Notes under the pieces: generated by a model
Told to the model about the DNA's origin: nothing
Seen by the model: only the letters and a program-made list of their open reading frames with translations
The model's database searches: none
Part shown: positions 11,856 through 24,300 of the stretch, in pieces
Layout of the letters: each line of letters opens with the position of its first letter
How positions within the stretch are numbered: position 1 is the stretch's first letter
Made by a program: the position numbers and the translations under genes
From: Ascoidea asiatica JCM 7603
Taxonomy: Eukaryota > Fungi > Ascomycota
Direction: 5' to 3'
NCBI GenBank assembly: GCA_001600695.1
Contig: BCKQ01000016.1
Span: 174,715-238,714 of the forward strand
DNA length: 64,000 bases

Positions 11856-12430
11856 TTTTCCTGATTCTGTAGTTCAGATTTACTTCTAATGTCACTATTC
11901 TTTCTTACTAGCTATTTACTGTCATCAAAGTACCTTTTCAATAAAACTTTGGTAAGCACTTAATTTGTTTGATCAATTTGATTTCGATCTCTATTTATAT
12001 TTTCTAAGTATATTTTTATTTATATTTATATTTATAATCCTATTTCAATTTCTGTCTCTGTCTTTAGTTCTTCTCTTTATTCTTTATATTTCCCAGATTT
12101 AGTCATAATTCTCACAAGTTTGTCAGTCTCATTCACTGTTCCGGCCATGGCAGCGGTGGGCGGGTTACCCTCGGATGACTCTAGGAGTCCCTCGTAGCGC
12201 CCTCGAACCCCCTCGGCTGATATCCTTTTTCGGTTTGCATCTCCGTTTTTGATTCAGCTGGCGATGTTGAAGGTAGCTTTATTGTTGATTTTTATTGTAG
12301 CTTTATTGTTGATTTATCTTTTGATGATGGATGTTTTGTTGCATTGGATCACTTTAGAAGTATTTACTATTGAATAAATACAATGAAGAGAGATTCATGG
12401 AAGTCATTTGCTTGATAAAGGGAGAAAAAA

Positions 12431-14236
12431 ATGAATCAGAACAATATCCAGAACAATAATCACAGCCAACCTCAAAATCAGATAACCCCGTTGCCAAAAG
12501 AACTATTGAATTGGTTATTTCGAGTACTACAACCAGAATATAAAAACATCAATAGATCTTATCAAGATGTTGCAATCTTACTAAATTTTCTTAAATTTTT
12601 AAAGCCAAGAACAAGAATTTATGTTAATGAACAAGGCATCTCTAGGTTATTACTAAATATATATGGTGATATATTGATTTCAAATAATCCAATTCCTGTT
12701 CAGATTCAAATTTGGTTACCAATAAATTATCCAATTGAGCCTCCAATAGTTTTTGTTACAGTAAGTGAGAAAAATAATAAAAGTTTAAAACTTCAAAAAA
12801 ATAATTATATTGATTCAAATGGAAAATTTTATAATCCTTTTTTGTCAAATTGGAATCCAAATTTTTCAAATCAATATAATTTAATTAATCTATATTATGT
12901 ATTGATTGATTCTTTTAAAAAGCAATTTCCGTTGATTAAAGATTGTTCTATAATACAAATACAGAAAGAAAGTGTAAAGCCTCCAAAACCTCCTAAACCT
13001 CCAAAACCGGATGAGTTATTAAATAATCTTAGGCCTGATTCTAGATCTAATTCGATTCATAATTCAATTTCTAATTCACTTCCTAATTCAAGACCCAGTT
13101 CAATTTCCTCGAGTAATCATCAAAACATATATGGGTCTCAAAATCATCCAGTAAACTCAGACAATAGTCTAAATAACATTCAATCTAATTTAATTAATAA
13201 GAAAACTTCAACAATTCCTCCTCCTATACCATTAAGACCAAATATCTCTGGTAATTTCAAATATGATAATTCTAATAATTCTTATTCGAACGCAATGAAT
13301 GAGCAAGCATCTTCAATTTCTTCTCCAAAATATCAAACATATACAGCTAATAATCCAAAAATTACTTCAAGGAATTCTTTACCTCCAGTAAGACCTCCAG
13401 TTCCCATTGATCTTCGAATGAAAAGATTATCCATTCAAAATACTGGAAATATTCAAACTCAATTTAAAATTCAGCAACACAGTCAATTCGATTATAATAA
13501 TGACCATTCTCTTCAACAAAACCAACAATATCAAAAAAATCAAATTCAGAATCAAGCTTTCAATCAAAATCATTCAGATTTACGAAGAACTGACACTGAT
13601 GGATTATATTATATTCCAGTAAAAAATCATCAGGAGCCTAAAAAAATCATTCAACCAGATTTCTTAGATGATAATACTGATGATAATTTAAATAGTTCAA
13701 ATAATAAAAACGATTTATGGGCAAATATGAATCCCGAAAAAGATAAAATATTAAATGAAATTCAAACAGATTTAATTAATATAATCAATGACAAGTCAAA
13801 AAATCAAATTGAAATCAATACTAAACTAAATTTTTTAAGAAATTCAATTAATAATTTAAAAAATTATTTAAACTATGAAAAAAACTCAATAAATTATTAT
13901 AATGATAATATTAAAAATAATGAAGAGATTTTAAATTCAAATATTGAGAAAGTTAATAATTTAATTAATCATGCAAAAAATTTACCTGAACCGAAAATTG
14001 ATGAAATTTTATGTTGTGAAACAGTTGTATTTAATCAATTATATGATTTGGTTTCTGAAGATGTTGCAATTACAGATACAATATATGCATTAAATAGAAT
14101 TTATGATAATGATAAAATTAATTTCGATACATTTTTGAAATATTCAAGAAATCTTTCAAGAGATCAATTTTTTAAAAGAGCTTTAATTAATAAGATTATT
14201 GAAAATACCGGTTTGGATTTTCCTTCAGCAGTTTAA
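12431..14236 (+). CDS. STP22: ESCRT-I subunit Vps23/Tsg101 (UEV domain, Pro-rich linker, coiled coil, Vps23 core)
   Basis: UEV motifs (LKPRTRIY; QIWLPINYPIEPPIVFV; IDSNGKFYNPFLSNW) and C-terminal VFNQLYDLVSEDVAITDTIYAL...RNLSRDQF. Confidence 0.93.
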   Translation: MNQNNIQNNNHSQPQNQITPLPKELLNWLFRVLQPEYKNINRSYQDVAILLNFLKFLKPRTRIYVNEQGISRLLLNIYGDILISNNPIPVQIQIWLPINYPIEPPIVFVTVSEKNNKSLKLQKNNYIDSNGKFYNPFLSNWNPNFSNQYNLINLYYVLIDSFKKQFPLIKDCSIIQIQKESVKPPKPPKPPKPDELLNNLRPDSRSNSIHNSISNSLPNSRPSSISSSNHQNIYGSQNHPVNSDNSLNNIQSNLINKKTSTIPPPIPLRPNISGNFKYDNSNNSYSNAMNEQASSISSPKYQTYTANNPKITSRNSLPPVRPPVPIDLRMKRLSIQNTGNIQTQFKIQQHSQFDYNNDHSLQQNQQYQKNQIQNQAFNQNHSDLRRTDTDGLYYIPVKNHQEPKKIIQPDFLDDNTDDNLNSSNNKNDLWANMNPEKDKILNEIQTDLINIINDKSKNQIEINTKLNFLRNSINNLKNYLNYEKNSINYYNDNIKNNEEILNSNIEKVNNLINHAKNLPEPKIDEILCCETVVFNQLYDLVSEDVAITDTIYALNRIYDNDKINFDTFLKYSRNLSRDQFFKRALINKIIENTGLDFPSAV

Positions 14237-14396
14237 AAATTTAGTATAATCTTTGAGATCAATTTTTATTCTATAGTTGGTGATATTATTTTATTATTAT
14301 ATTATTTTTCAATGTTATTAAATATATATAAAAAAATTTCAATGCTTTATTTATTGTTTTGTTATCAATTTTTTTTAATTATTTCTCTAACATTTT

Positions 14397-15563
<1,167 letters not shown>

Positions 15564-16879
15564 TTAGAGATTGAAAAGAAAAGAAAGAAGAAATATTTTA
15601 AAAAAAAGAATAGTATTTTGTATGTATTAGGATATGAAAAGAATGAGAGGTATTAGAGTATTAAGTATAAGCAAATAGAAATAGAAATTGAAAAGAAAAG
15701 TAAGAGTAGTAGAAAAATATATGAAAATATTATGGTTATAAAAGAATAACAAGGAAATATTTTCTAGAATATTTTGAAAAATCAAGGAGAGTTTGAATCA
15801 TTTGGAAGGAGAAGTGGTTAAATGAATAAAGTCATAACAATCTAATATTTGAAAAAATGAATAAATCTGAAAAAGGACGTAAAGTATTATGATGAGAAAA
15901 AGCTCTTCTTAACAGAAGTTCGATTGAAAGATTTGATCATTATTGGATAATTTAATAATTCGAATGAAAATATTGAAATAAATCTGAATCATCTGTCTCT
16001 CTTTTTTTTTTTTTTTTTCTTTTCATAAACACAAAAAGCGATGAAGCTGAAAATTCGGATTAAGTTTTAGAAGAAAAAAATACTTACATTAGCCATTTTG
16101 CGAAAAGTTTGAATGATTAAATATATACAAAGGATAATGTTTCGATTTATTCACAAGCTTGATTAAGTTAAATTTAATATTAAATTAAATAAAATTAGAT
16201 TAAATTATTTATGGAATTGTTTAATTTCATTCTTTAATTTTTGTGGGTCTGGTAAATATTTATAGCTAAAAATATTTATTTTTCGAGTGATGGATGAATC
16301 TGAAAAATCTTTTTAAATTCAAATAAAGTTTGAACTGTGAAAATGACACATTTGAAAGTAATTCGGTTCAGTCATAGTTGCATACGGGCACAAACACGGG
16401 CCACGGCCACGCTGGCACCACCCTAGGAAACGAGACAAATGCAAATCTTTATGGGCATCTCTGTGTGCAAAGCAAAGGTGGTAAAAGCAGACGAGTCTTC
16501 AGTGGTGTTAAAGCGAGGATAAACATGGGAATTTAGTAAAAATGGAAATGAGAAACAGAATTCCATGCCAGTTTCTATGCTGGTTTCTAAAACTCAGTTT
16601 GAATCAAATCAAATCAATTCGATTTCGAATCTGTAAAAAATGATTCTTTGGAAACAGAACAGAAAATAAAGCAGAATAAAAAAGCAGAATAAAATGACCA
16701 CGTGCACCTCGGAACTGAAATCTGAATTTAAGGATTATTCCATGTTTGTGGGCTCAATGCAAAAATGCTGCCATATGCATTCAATCCATAAAATTGGTAA
16801 CTATTTACACCCACCGTGCTGGTTCTTTTTTTTTTGTTTTCAGTTTTCACGCTGAAATGCTCGATTAAAGAATTAAGTT

Positions 16880-16885
16880 ACGCGT
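16880..16885 (+). promoter_or_regulatory. MCB element (ACGCGT) upstream of RFA2
   Basis: Exact ACGCGT about 175 bp upstream of a canonical G1/S (MBF) target gene. Confidence 0.65.
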
Positions 16886-17058
16886 TGTTATTGCTCTGGT
16901 TTATTATATCGAGAATAAATAGCTTTGGGATTATTGATAATTGACTATCTTGGTTTGATGTGATTAATACATTTATTTGATATCTATTTGATATATATTT
17001 TATGTTTATTATTTGATTCTTATATTATTTAATACCTGTTCTGTTTTTCTTATTCCAA

Positions 17059-17697
17059 ATGGCTTCTTATTCTGCTTATCAATCAAATACTTATGGAAAT
17101 ACAGGGGGTTATTCAACTGGAGGTGGTTTTAATACATCTCAATCAAATGATTTAAATTCAGGATCTCAACGAAAATCATATCAAAAATCAACAATTACTC
17201 CAATAACTTTAAAATTTTTAAATGAAGCTGAACAATTAGTGCCGGATGGTGAATATATAATCCATGATATTGAATTGACTACAGTTTCAATAATTGGTAT
17301 AATTAGAGAAATTAATGATAATACTTCAAATTTAAGTATAAGAATTGAAGATGGTACTGGATATTTTGAATTTAGAAAATGGATAGATGAGAATTCTGTT
17401 GACCCAAATAATTCTAATTCAATCTTAAATAAATTTAAAGTCGGTGAATATATTCATATCATTGGAACTTTAAGAGATTTTAATTCAAAAAAAAATCTAC
17501 AACATCCAATCATTTCAAAAGTTACAGATCATAATCAGATTTTATATCATTATTTGGAATGTATTAAAGTTTATATAATTGCACAAAATGGAGGTCATAT
17601 AAATATTAATCACAATAATAATAATAATAATAATAACGATAATAATAATAATAATAACAACAATAACAATAGTATAGAGCACAATAATAGCAATAAC

Positions 17698-17731
<34 letters not shown>

Positions 17732-17934
17732 GTAATAAAGACCCAGATGAAAATGTATATGATACAATAGTTGCAAATGTACCAAAAATGCCAAGTGGAA
17801 TTCCAATTCAACTACTTTCTGAAATCTTAAATATATCGTTAGAAGATATAGCAATGTGTTGTGCAAGATTAACAGATCTAGGTAAAATATATCATGCTCA
17901 AGATGACAGTTTCTTACCAACTCAAATGATTTAA
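17059..17934 (+). CDS. RFA2: Replication protein A 32-kDa subunit
   Basis: G/S-rich N-terminus, OB fold (TITPITLK; RIEDGTG; RKWIDE) and C-terminal winged helix (LTDLGKIY); poly-Asn linker. Confidence 0.95.
17614..17730 (+). repeat. Coding (AAT)n tract encoding poly-Asn in the RFA2 linker
   Basis: Long AAT/AAC run read directly. Confidence 0.9.
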
Positions 17935-18020
17935 ATTAAAAATTAGTTTTTTTGATCTAGAATTTTTATTTATTATATATATTATACACTCATTAAATAG
18001 GAAAATTTTAATTTGATATA

Positions 18021-18722
18021 TTATTTCATATTATTGAATTTTAAATTATTTTGAGCTTCTTTTGCTAATAATCTTTCACTTTCATCACCATGTTTTTCAC
18101 CTTTATTACCACTTTTAAAAGCATAATCAATCTTAACAATTTTATTCATAAGATATTTTCCATTCATTTTGTTAATTACATTATCTGAATCTTCAAATTT
18201 TTCAAAATTTAAAAATCCAAAACCTTTTGAAATTCCATTTGAATCTCTAATAATAATTGGTTTTGAAATTAACTTACCTAAATTTTTAAATGTCTCAATT
18301 AAGAATTCTTCATCAATAAATGAATCTAAATTTGATAAAAATAATTTGGCTCCAACATTATTATTTACTATAATATTGTTAGAATTATTATTATTATTAT
18401 TATTATTATTAGTTGTAGTAGTTAAAATTTGATTTTTTTTATTTGAAAGTTTTTTAACTTTCAAAGGTTTATTATATAAAAAAGTAAGATTTAAAACTTT
18501 TTCAACATAACTTGCATCATTGATATTTTTAAATTCAATAAATCCATAACCCTGATGTTGTCTAGAAATTCTATCCTTGGGCATATTCAAATGCTTTATT
18601 GGAGCAACTTGTAAAACTAATTCATATAAAAGTTTTTCATCTACTTTTTCATCTAAGTTACCAATATAAACTGTAGCATCTGGGTTTCTTTCTAAACCAT
18701 TTGATTTCTTAAGTAATAACAT
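18021..18722 (-). CDS. HSH49: U2 snRNP SF3b subunit (SF3B4/Hsh49), two RRMs
   Basis: ERNPDATVYIGNLD, MPKDRISRQHQGYGFIEF, second RRM GAKLFLSNLD...SKGFGF, tail GEKHGDESERLLA. Confidence 0.95.
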   Translation of the reverse strand: MLLLKKSNGLERNPDATVYIGNLDEKVDEKLLYELVLQVAPIKHLNMPKDRISRQHQGYGFIEFKNINDASYVEKVLNLTFLYNKPLKVKKLSNKKNQILTTTTNNNNNNNNNSNNIIVNNNVGAKLFLSNLDSFIDEEFLIETFKNLGKLISKPIIIRDSNGISKGFGFLNFEKFEDSDNVINKMNGKYLMNKIVKIDYAFKSGNKGEKHGDESERLLAKEAQNNLKFNNMK

Positions 18723-18944
18723 TTCACATTAAAAATTGTGAGGCCTTTGTTATTGTCTTCTTAATTAATAAATTGAGAGGTTGATTGATTAGTAAATTCA
18801 TATGTAATAGAAATAATTTCGCATTAAGAAATCTTATTTGAATTAAATTTAGGCTAAAAATTATAGCACTTATTTATATTTTAAAAGAAGATTTCGGTGA
18901 AATTGTATTTTCAAATGCTCTCTTTGATTTTTTGCCGTTAAACG

Positions 18945-18951
18945 CACGTGA
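18945..18951. promoter_or_regulatory. CACGTGA E-box (Cbf1-like) upstream of HSH49
   Basis: Exact CACGTGA; function inferred only. Confidence 0.35.
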
Positions 18952-19771
18952 GTTAACAGAGAGAAAAGTAGCCAAGTGTGGGCTGGTATAAAATTCCATT
19001 TCCACAGTTGTTTTTTCTGGGTTTTGGATGGACTTTTTTTGCAGTTGTTTCATGGGTGAGTTTTCGGGAAAGATCGATTTAAAGCGGTGTGGAAATGAAG
19101 TGAGCTGTAAAAATAAAACATAAAATAATAAAAGATAAAATAGTTTTAACCTGTTAAGTGTTGCAATTTATTAAATATAAGTTGAAAGAAAACAGGGGTA
19201 TTAAGATATTAATAGATAACTAAATACTTGTAAATTCTATTTAAAATTGGGTCTGCGAGTATTCTTTTATTGATATTTCCCGAGTAATACTTTGCGATAA
19301 TCGCTAATTGATGAGTAAAGGAAATAGTTTTGATAGTGTAATTTTCATGAATAAAGAGACAATCCAAGAGAAAATTATTATTCTCTTTTTTCTTTTTTAC
19401 TTAGAAATTAAGCCATGACTAAGCATATATTGGTCTATGTATCTCATATGGCAATGGTATAAAGGGCGATTAAACGCTGAAGTAACGCTATTCTTCAGCG
19501 ACCTTAATGAATTTCATAATATCAGATCTACCGTAATATTAAGTAGGATCTGAATTTCTAATGATAGAAAAAATAATTTTAGTATTGGTAATGAATCTCA
19601 ATTTCACTTTAGAGTACTTCTTAGAAATTGATTTGAATCCTTGGCATCAAGTATATGTTCATTAAAACCCACAAAACAATTTTTCTAGGAAGAAAATCAG
19701 TCACTGAAATAAAGCAACTTTCTGAAATCAGAGTCTCCATAACCATCACCGCAATTGTTGTCGACAACCAC

Positions 19772-19834
19772 CATGGTTAGCATGGTTAGCATGGTTATCA
19801 GGGCTATCATGGCTATCATGGCTATCATGGCTAT
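19772..19834. repeat. 9-bp minisatellite, 7 units
   Basis: CATGGTTAG x2, CATGGTTAT, CAGGGCTAT, CATGGCTAT x3. Confidence 0.95.
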
Positions 19835-21038
19835 CGTCTCTGGCGTTTTTGGTTTCAAAGAACTTACCAGTTTTTCTTTTGGAGGGAAAGACACCTTGCG
19901 GCACAGCGCTGCACTCTCAGACCCAACCAAACTTTTGGCAGCGGGTGTAAGAATATTGGTTTAGTTAAATATAACTTGATATTTTAAGCTTAATTGATAA
20001 AAATAATCATTTCTTCGAAAACCACAAAGCCGAACTCCATGGAAAACAGAAAAAGATCCCTTTGGAATTCTTGATAATTTTGTGTTATATTCAAATGGGC
20101 TGGGAGTTGTACTGCAGTGAAGCAAATCATTATTCCCAATTTCAAAAGAAAATGATAAAGATTTTTACTTACAAGCATTCTCATTCCATTGATCATATTT
20201 TATCAGTCTGGAATATTCTTAAGTAATACAATAAATAAAAAATAAATATATTTTACAACGAAGTATGATTTTGAAATTTAACTCATACCATCTTACTTAG
20301 TGTTTTAATTATTATTAACTTTGTTTTTTTTTGTTTCTATTGAAATGCAAAAAAAATCCCATTGATTTTTTTTTGAAATTTAACAGGTTAAATGATTTAT
20401 TCGTTAACTTTAGATATCTTTAAATCGAAAGTTTTGTTTAGGAGGAGTTAAGAAAGTGTTTTGATAAAATTTCTACTGCATACTGCTTGAATTTAGCGAT
20501 GAGTACCTTTAATTCAATTTCTTTTTTTGTCATTTTAAGGCCATTGAATACATGTATAATCTGTTTAAATGAATTCAATATTTTATTTTTGTAAACGAAT
20601 CCAATCAATTTCTATGAGTAGAATCATCGAACTTTTCAATATTAATAGGAGAAGCTTGATACTGTACTAATTACTACAATACTCCATTTTTTTAAGATTT
20701 ATGAAATCTATCAGCATTTTGGATTTACAGTTAAAGAAAATCTTGGAAACCATGGAAATTATTGTTCAAAAGCAATAAAAAAACATTCTCTCAGATCAAA
20801 AGTCCCATATCAATATGCTTCAATTAAAACAGAAATTTTTGAAAATGTTTTATTTTTTCCTTATTTTATTTTACTAAAAATAGCTATTCAGAGAAAAAAG
20901 CCCATATTGGACTGTTAATAATTTTATTTATTAATATCTGAGATCAATTTTGAATGGAAATGAAAAGAAAAAACTGAATTCAAAATGAAAAGAAAGTTAA
21001 ATGAGAAAGAGGAAAGAAGGATATTAATGTAATACAAT

Positions 21039-21046
21039 TATATAAA
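21039..21046 (+). promoter_or_regulatory. Putative TATA box of adhesin 1
   Basis: TATATAAA about 280 bp upstream of ATG 21320. The paralog has TATAAAA at a similar distance (63000). Confidence 0.45.
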
Positions 21047-21319
21047 AAGAATCTGATTTCTCTTCCTTTTGATTGATATTTTTTTTAATTTCTCTTTTAA
21101 ATTATCATAGTTTTTAAATTGTCTTTCGCTAAAAGAAAACATCCTTATAATCAAACTCATAATTATTTCAATTTCTATATCAAATATTTTCCAAGTAAAC
21201 TTTTGAAAAATAGTCAGGAAGTTTGAAAAATTTTAAGGATCTTTCAAAAATCTTATCTAAATAATAATAAACATAACTAAAAAGATTTTTAGCAATAATA
21301 GTTCAAAACAAAAAGAATC

Positions 21320-24300
21320 ATGCTTTCAAAGTTTTTGAATTCAAAGGTTTTAATAACCTCATCTTTGGCTGTTTTAAACTCAATCCAAGTCATTGCTCTG
21401 CCTATTTTATACCCAACAACCAATACAACTTCTGTTGCTTCTAGTTCTTCTGCATTAGAAAGTTCAAGCCAAGGATTTTGTACACCAACTTCTAATTGTG
21501 ATATAACTGGTTCTGGAGATGTTCCAGATTTTTCAATCTCATATTCTGATATTTCTTATGTTTCTGAAAATGAATATGAAGTTACAATTAATTTTGCTTC
21601 ATCCAAATGTGATTTAACCATTGATGCTATTTCTGAATTAAAATTATTAAGCTTCAATACTGGAAGTGGTTCATCAACTGTTGTATTATACAGTGATAAT
21701 AGTAAAGTTTATAAAATAGATGATCCATGCAACTGGTCTTATAGAACAAAAGTTGGTACTTCTACTTCTGGATCTTCAGCTTGTGTTCCAAACTATCAAG
21801 TTCAGTATGATTGGTGTCAAAATTCTGGGAATTGTGATAAATCTGGTGAATGTGGCTCTTGGTCTTATGATCAGAGTTATGATTTAAACATCGGCTGTCA
21901 ATCAGGTAATCAAGCTCCTGCTTACTGCTGGCCAACAACTTGCTCTGCAACTTCTAGTGTTCCATCAACTGCTCCAGCAACAACTCCTTCTTATACTTCT
22001 TCTGCTGTTACTTCTGTTAGCTCTTCATTAATTGCTACAACCAGTTCAAATCTTATTAAAACATCAGCTGCATCTTCTACTTCTTCTACTAGTGTTCCTA
22101 ATACACAAAAAAGTTCAAGCTCTTTAGGTTATACAACTAGTTCTTTCACTGAAACAAGTGAAAGTCCAGAAGTTTCAAGTAGTATTTCATCAAGTTCTAC
22201 TTATAGTTCCTTATATTCTTATGTTTCTAGCGTTTCTTCAGCATTAATCACTTCTTCAAGTCGTGCTCCTGAATTTCCAAATCAACCATCATCTACTTCT
22301 GTTGCTTCTTCTGCTCCAACTTCTGGAACAACAACATCCGAAGCATCATTATCATCAGGTAAAGTTTATTCTTCAAGTATTTCCTCTGTTGCTTCTATAA
22401 CTTCTTCAAGCTTAGCACCTGAATTTCCAACAAGTGGATCCTCCCTTACTTCTGCCCCAACTCTATCAACAGAAACTGACATAGTCAGTATAGGCACTAC
22501 TATTGTTATAACTGTCACTCATTGTACAACTTCTGGTGGTGTTAGTATTCCATGTACTGCTACTGAAAGAACAGTCGTTGTTACTCCAGGTACAGAGACA
22601 AAAACAAAAACTTATACCACTACTATCCCAACAATTTGTTCTACTACTAATTCAAAAGGATCTACAGTTACTTATTACACTTCCACTGAAGTCACTTCAA
22701 CAACAACTTATTGTCCTTTAACTGCAACATACTCAACTGTTCAAACTACAGTTACTCCTGTTACTAAACCCAATGGATCCATTTCTTTAAGTACATGTAC
22801 AACTCTTTCTATGGGCACCATAACAACAACTGTACCAGTTACAACAGGATCATCAACTTTACCATTTTCAAAGAAATCATCATTAACTGGTTCGATATCT
22901 ACCAAAACTTCAACCACTGTGAATGTTTCTTCTGAAACTTTTGTATCATCTACTTCCACAGAAAAAGGAAGTGTTTCAACATCTTCAACTGTTTCAGTTT
23001 CATCCGAAACTTCAAGTGTTTCTTTATCTTCTTCAAGTGTTTCGATATTTTCGACAAGTGTTCCTGTATTCTCATCTGGTGTCTCAGTTTCTTCAAAAAC
23101 TCAAATTACCGTCTCATCATCAGTTCCAATCTCTTATTCAAAAGTTACAATTTCTTCTAAAACTTCAAAGGTTCCAGTTTCTTCTGAAACTTCAAAGATT
23201 AAAATCTCTTCAGAAACATCTAGTGTTTATGTATATTCTTCAAGTGCCTCCACTTCCTTTGAAACTCCAATGATTTCTTCGTCAACAATTCCAGTTTCCT
23301 CAACTATTCCAGTTTCCTCACCATCTCTGCTAGCACCTGCTTCATCAACAGAAATCTCTTCCCATGCAACTAATTCCACTAAATCATATGGTTCAACAAC
23401 ATTAGAAACTACATTATCAAACTCTCTCATTGCTTCTTCTTCTACACCAGTTTCAAATTATGTAGTATCAACCACAGAAGAAACCACTGTTGTTATCACA
23501 GTTACTCATTGCACTACAACTGGAGGTTTAAGTATTCCTTGTACTACAACCGAACAAACAGTTGTTGGAACACCAGGTACTGAAACAACAACCAGCAAAT
23601 TTACTACAACAGTTCCAACTATTTGCTCTACTGTAAACTCTCAAGGTTCAACAGTTACATATTCTACTTCTACTGAAATTATCTCAACAACAACTTACTG
23701 TCCTTTAACAGCTACTTATTCAACAGTTGAAACAACAGTTACTCCAGTCACTAAACCAAATGGATCTGTTACTCTTAGTACATGCACTACTGTTTCAGTT
23801 GGTACAGTTACAACAGCAGTTCCAGTTACATCAAAAACCTCTACTTTAAAATCAATGTCTTCTCTATCAACCACACTAAAAAGCAATGCTACTACTTCTT
23901 TCAGCACATCAACATTAAATTCGATATCATCAACTGTTATTACCACATATTTATCTACAGCCCTGGCAAGCGTATCTTCAAACGCTAATTTTACCACTTT
24001 TTACACAACATCTACAATAAACTCAGTATCATCTGAAACAGGTTTTACAACTTCTCTCAGCACTTCTGAAGTTGAAACTATATCATCAATAGCAAATAAT
24101 ACTTTCTCTCTCAGCACATCAACAATGAAATCATCCTCATTAACTACAATAAGTGTTCCATCGAGTACACCAGTTGAAAGTACATCATTAAAATTAAATA
24201 ACACTTCTACCACAACTTTAGTTGGAACAGTATCTTCAGGTACTACAACCATTCTCTCTTCTACAGACACTGCTACTTCTAGTTCAGAGGTATTAACATC

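Noticed and set aside
10331-11889. Antisense hydrophobic or Tyr/Leu/Ile-rich ORFs here and at 17542-17920 and 18169-18432
   Set aside because: Shadows of (AAT)n coding repeats.
19697-19964. ORFs with AMI/MVS repeats on both strands
   Set aside because: Artefacts of the stop-free 9-bp minisatellite; non-ATG or weak starts.
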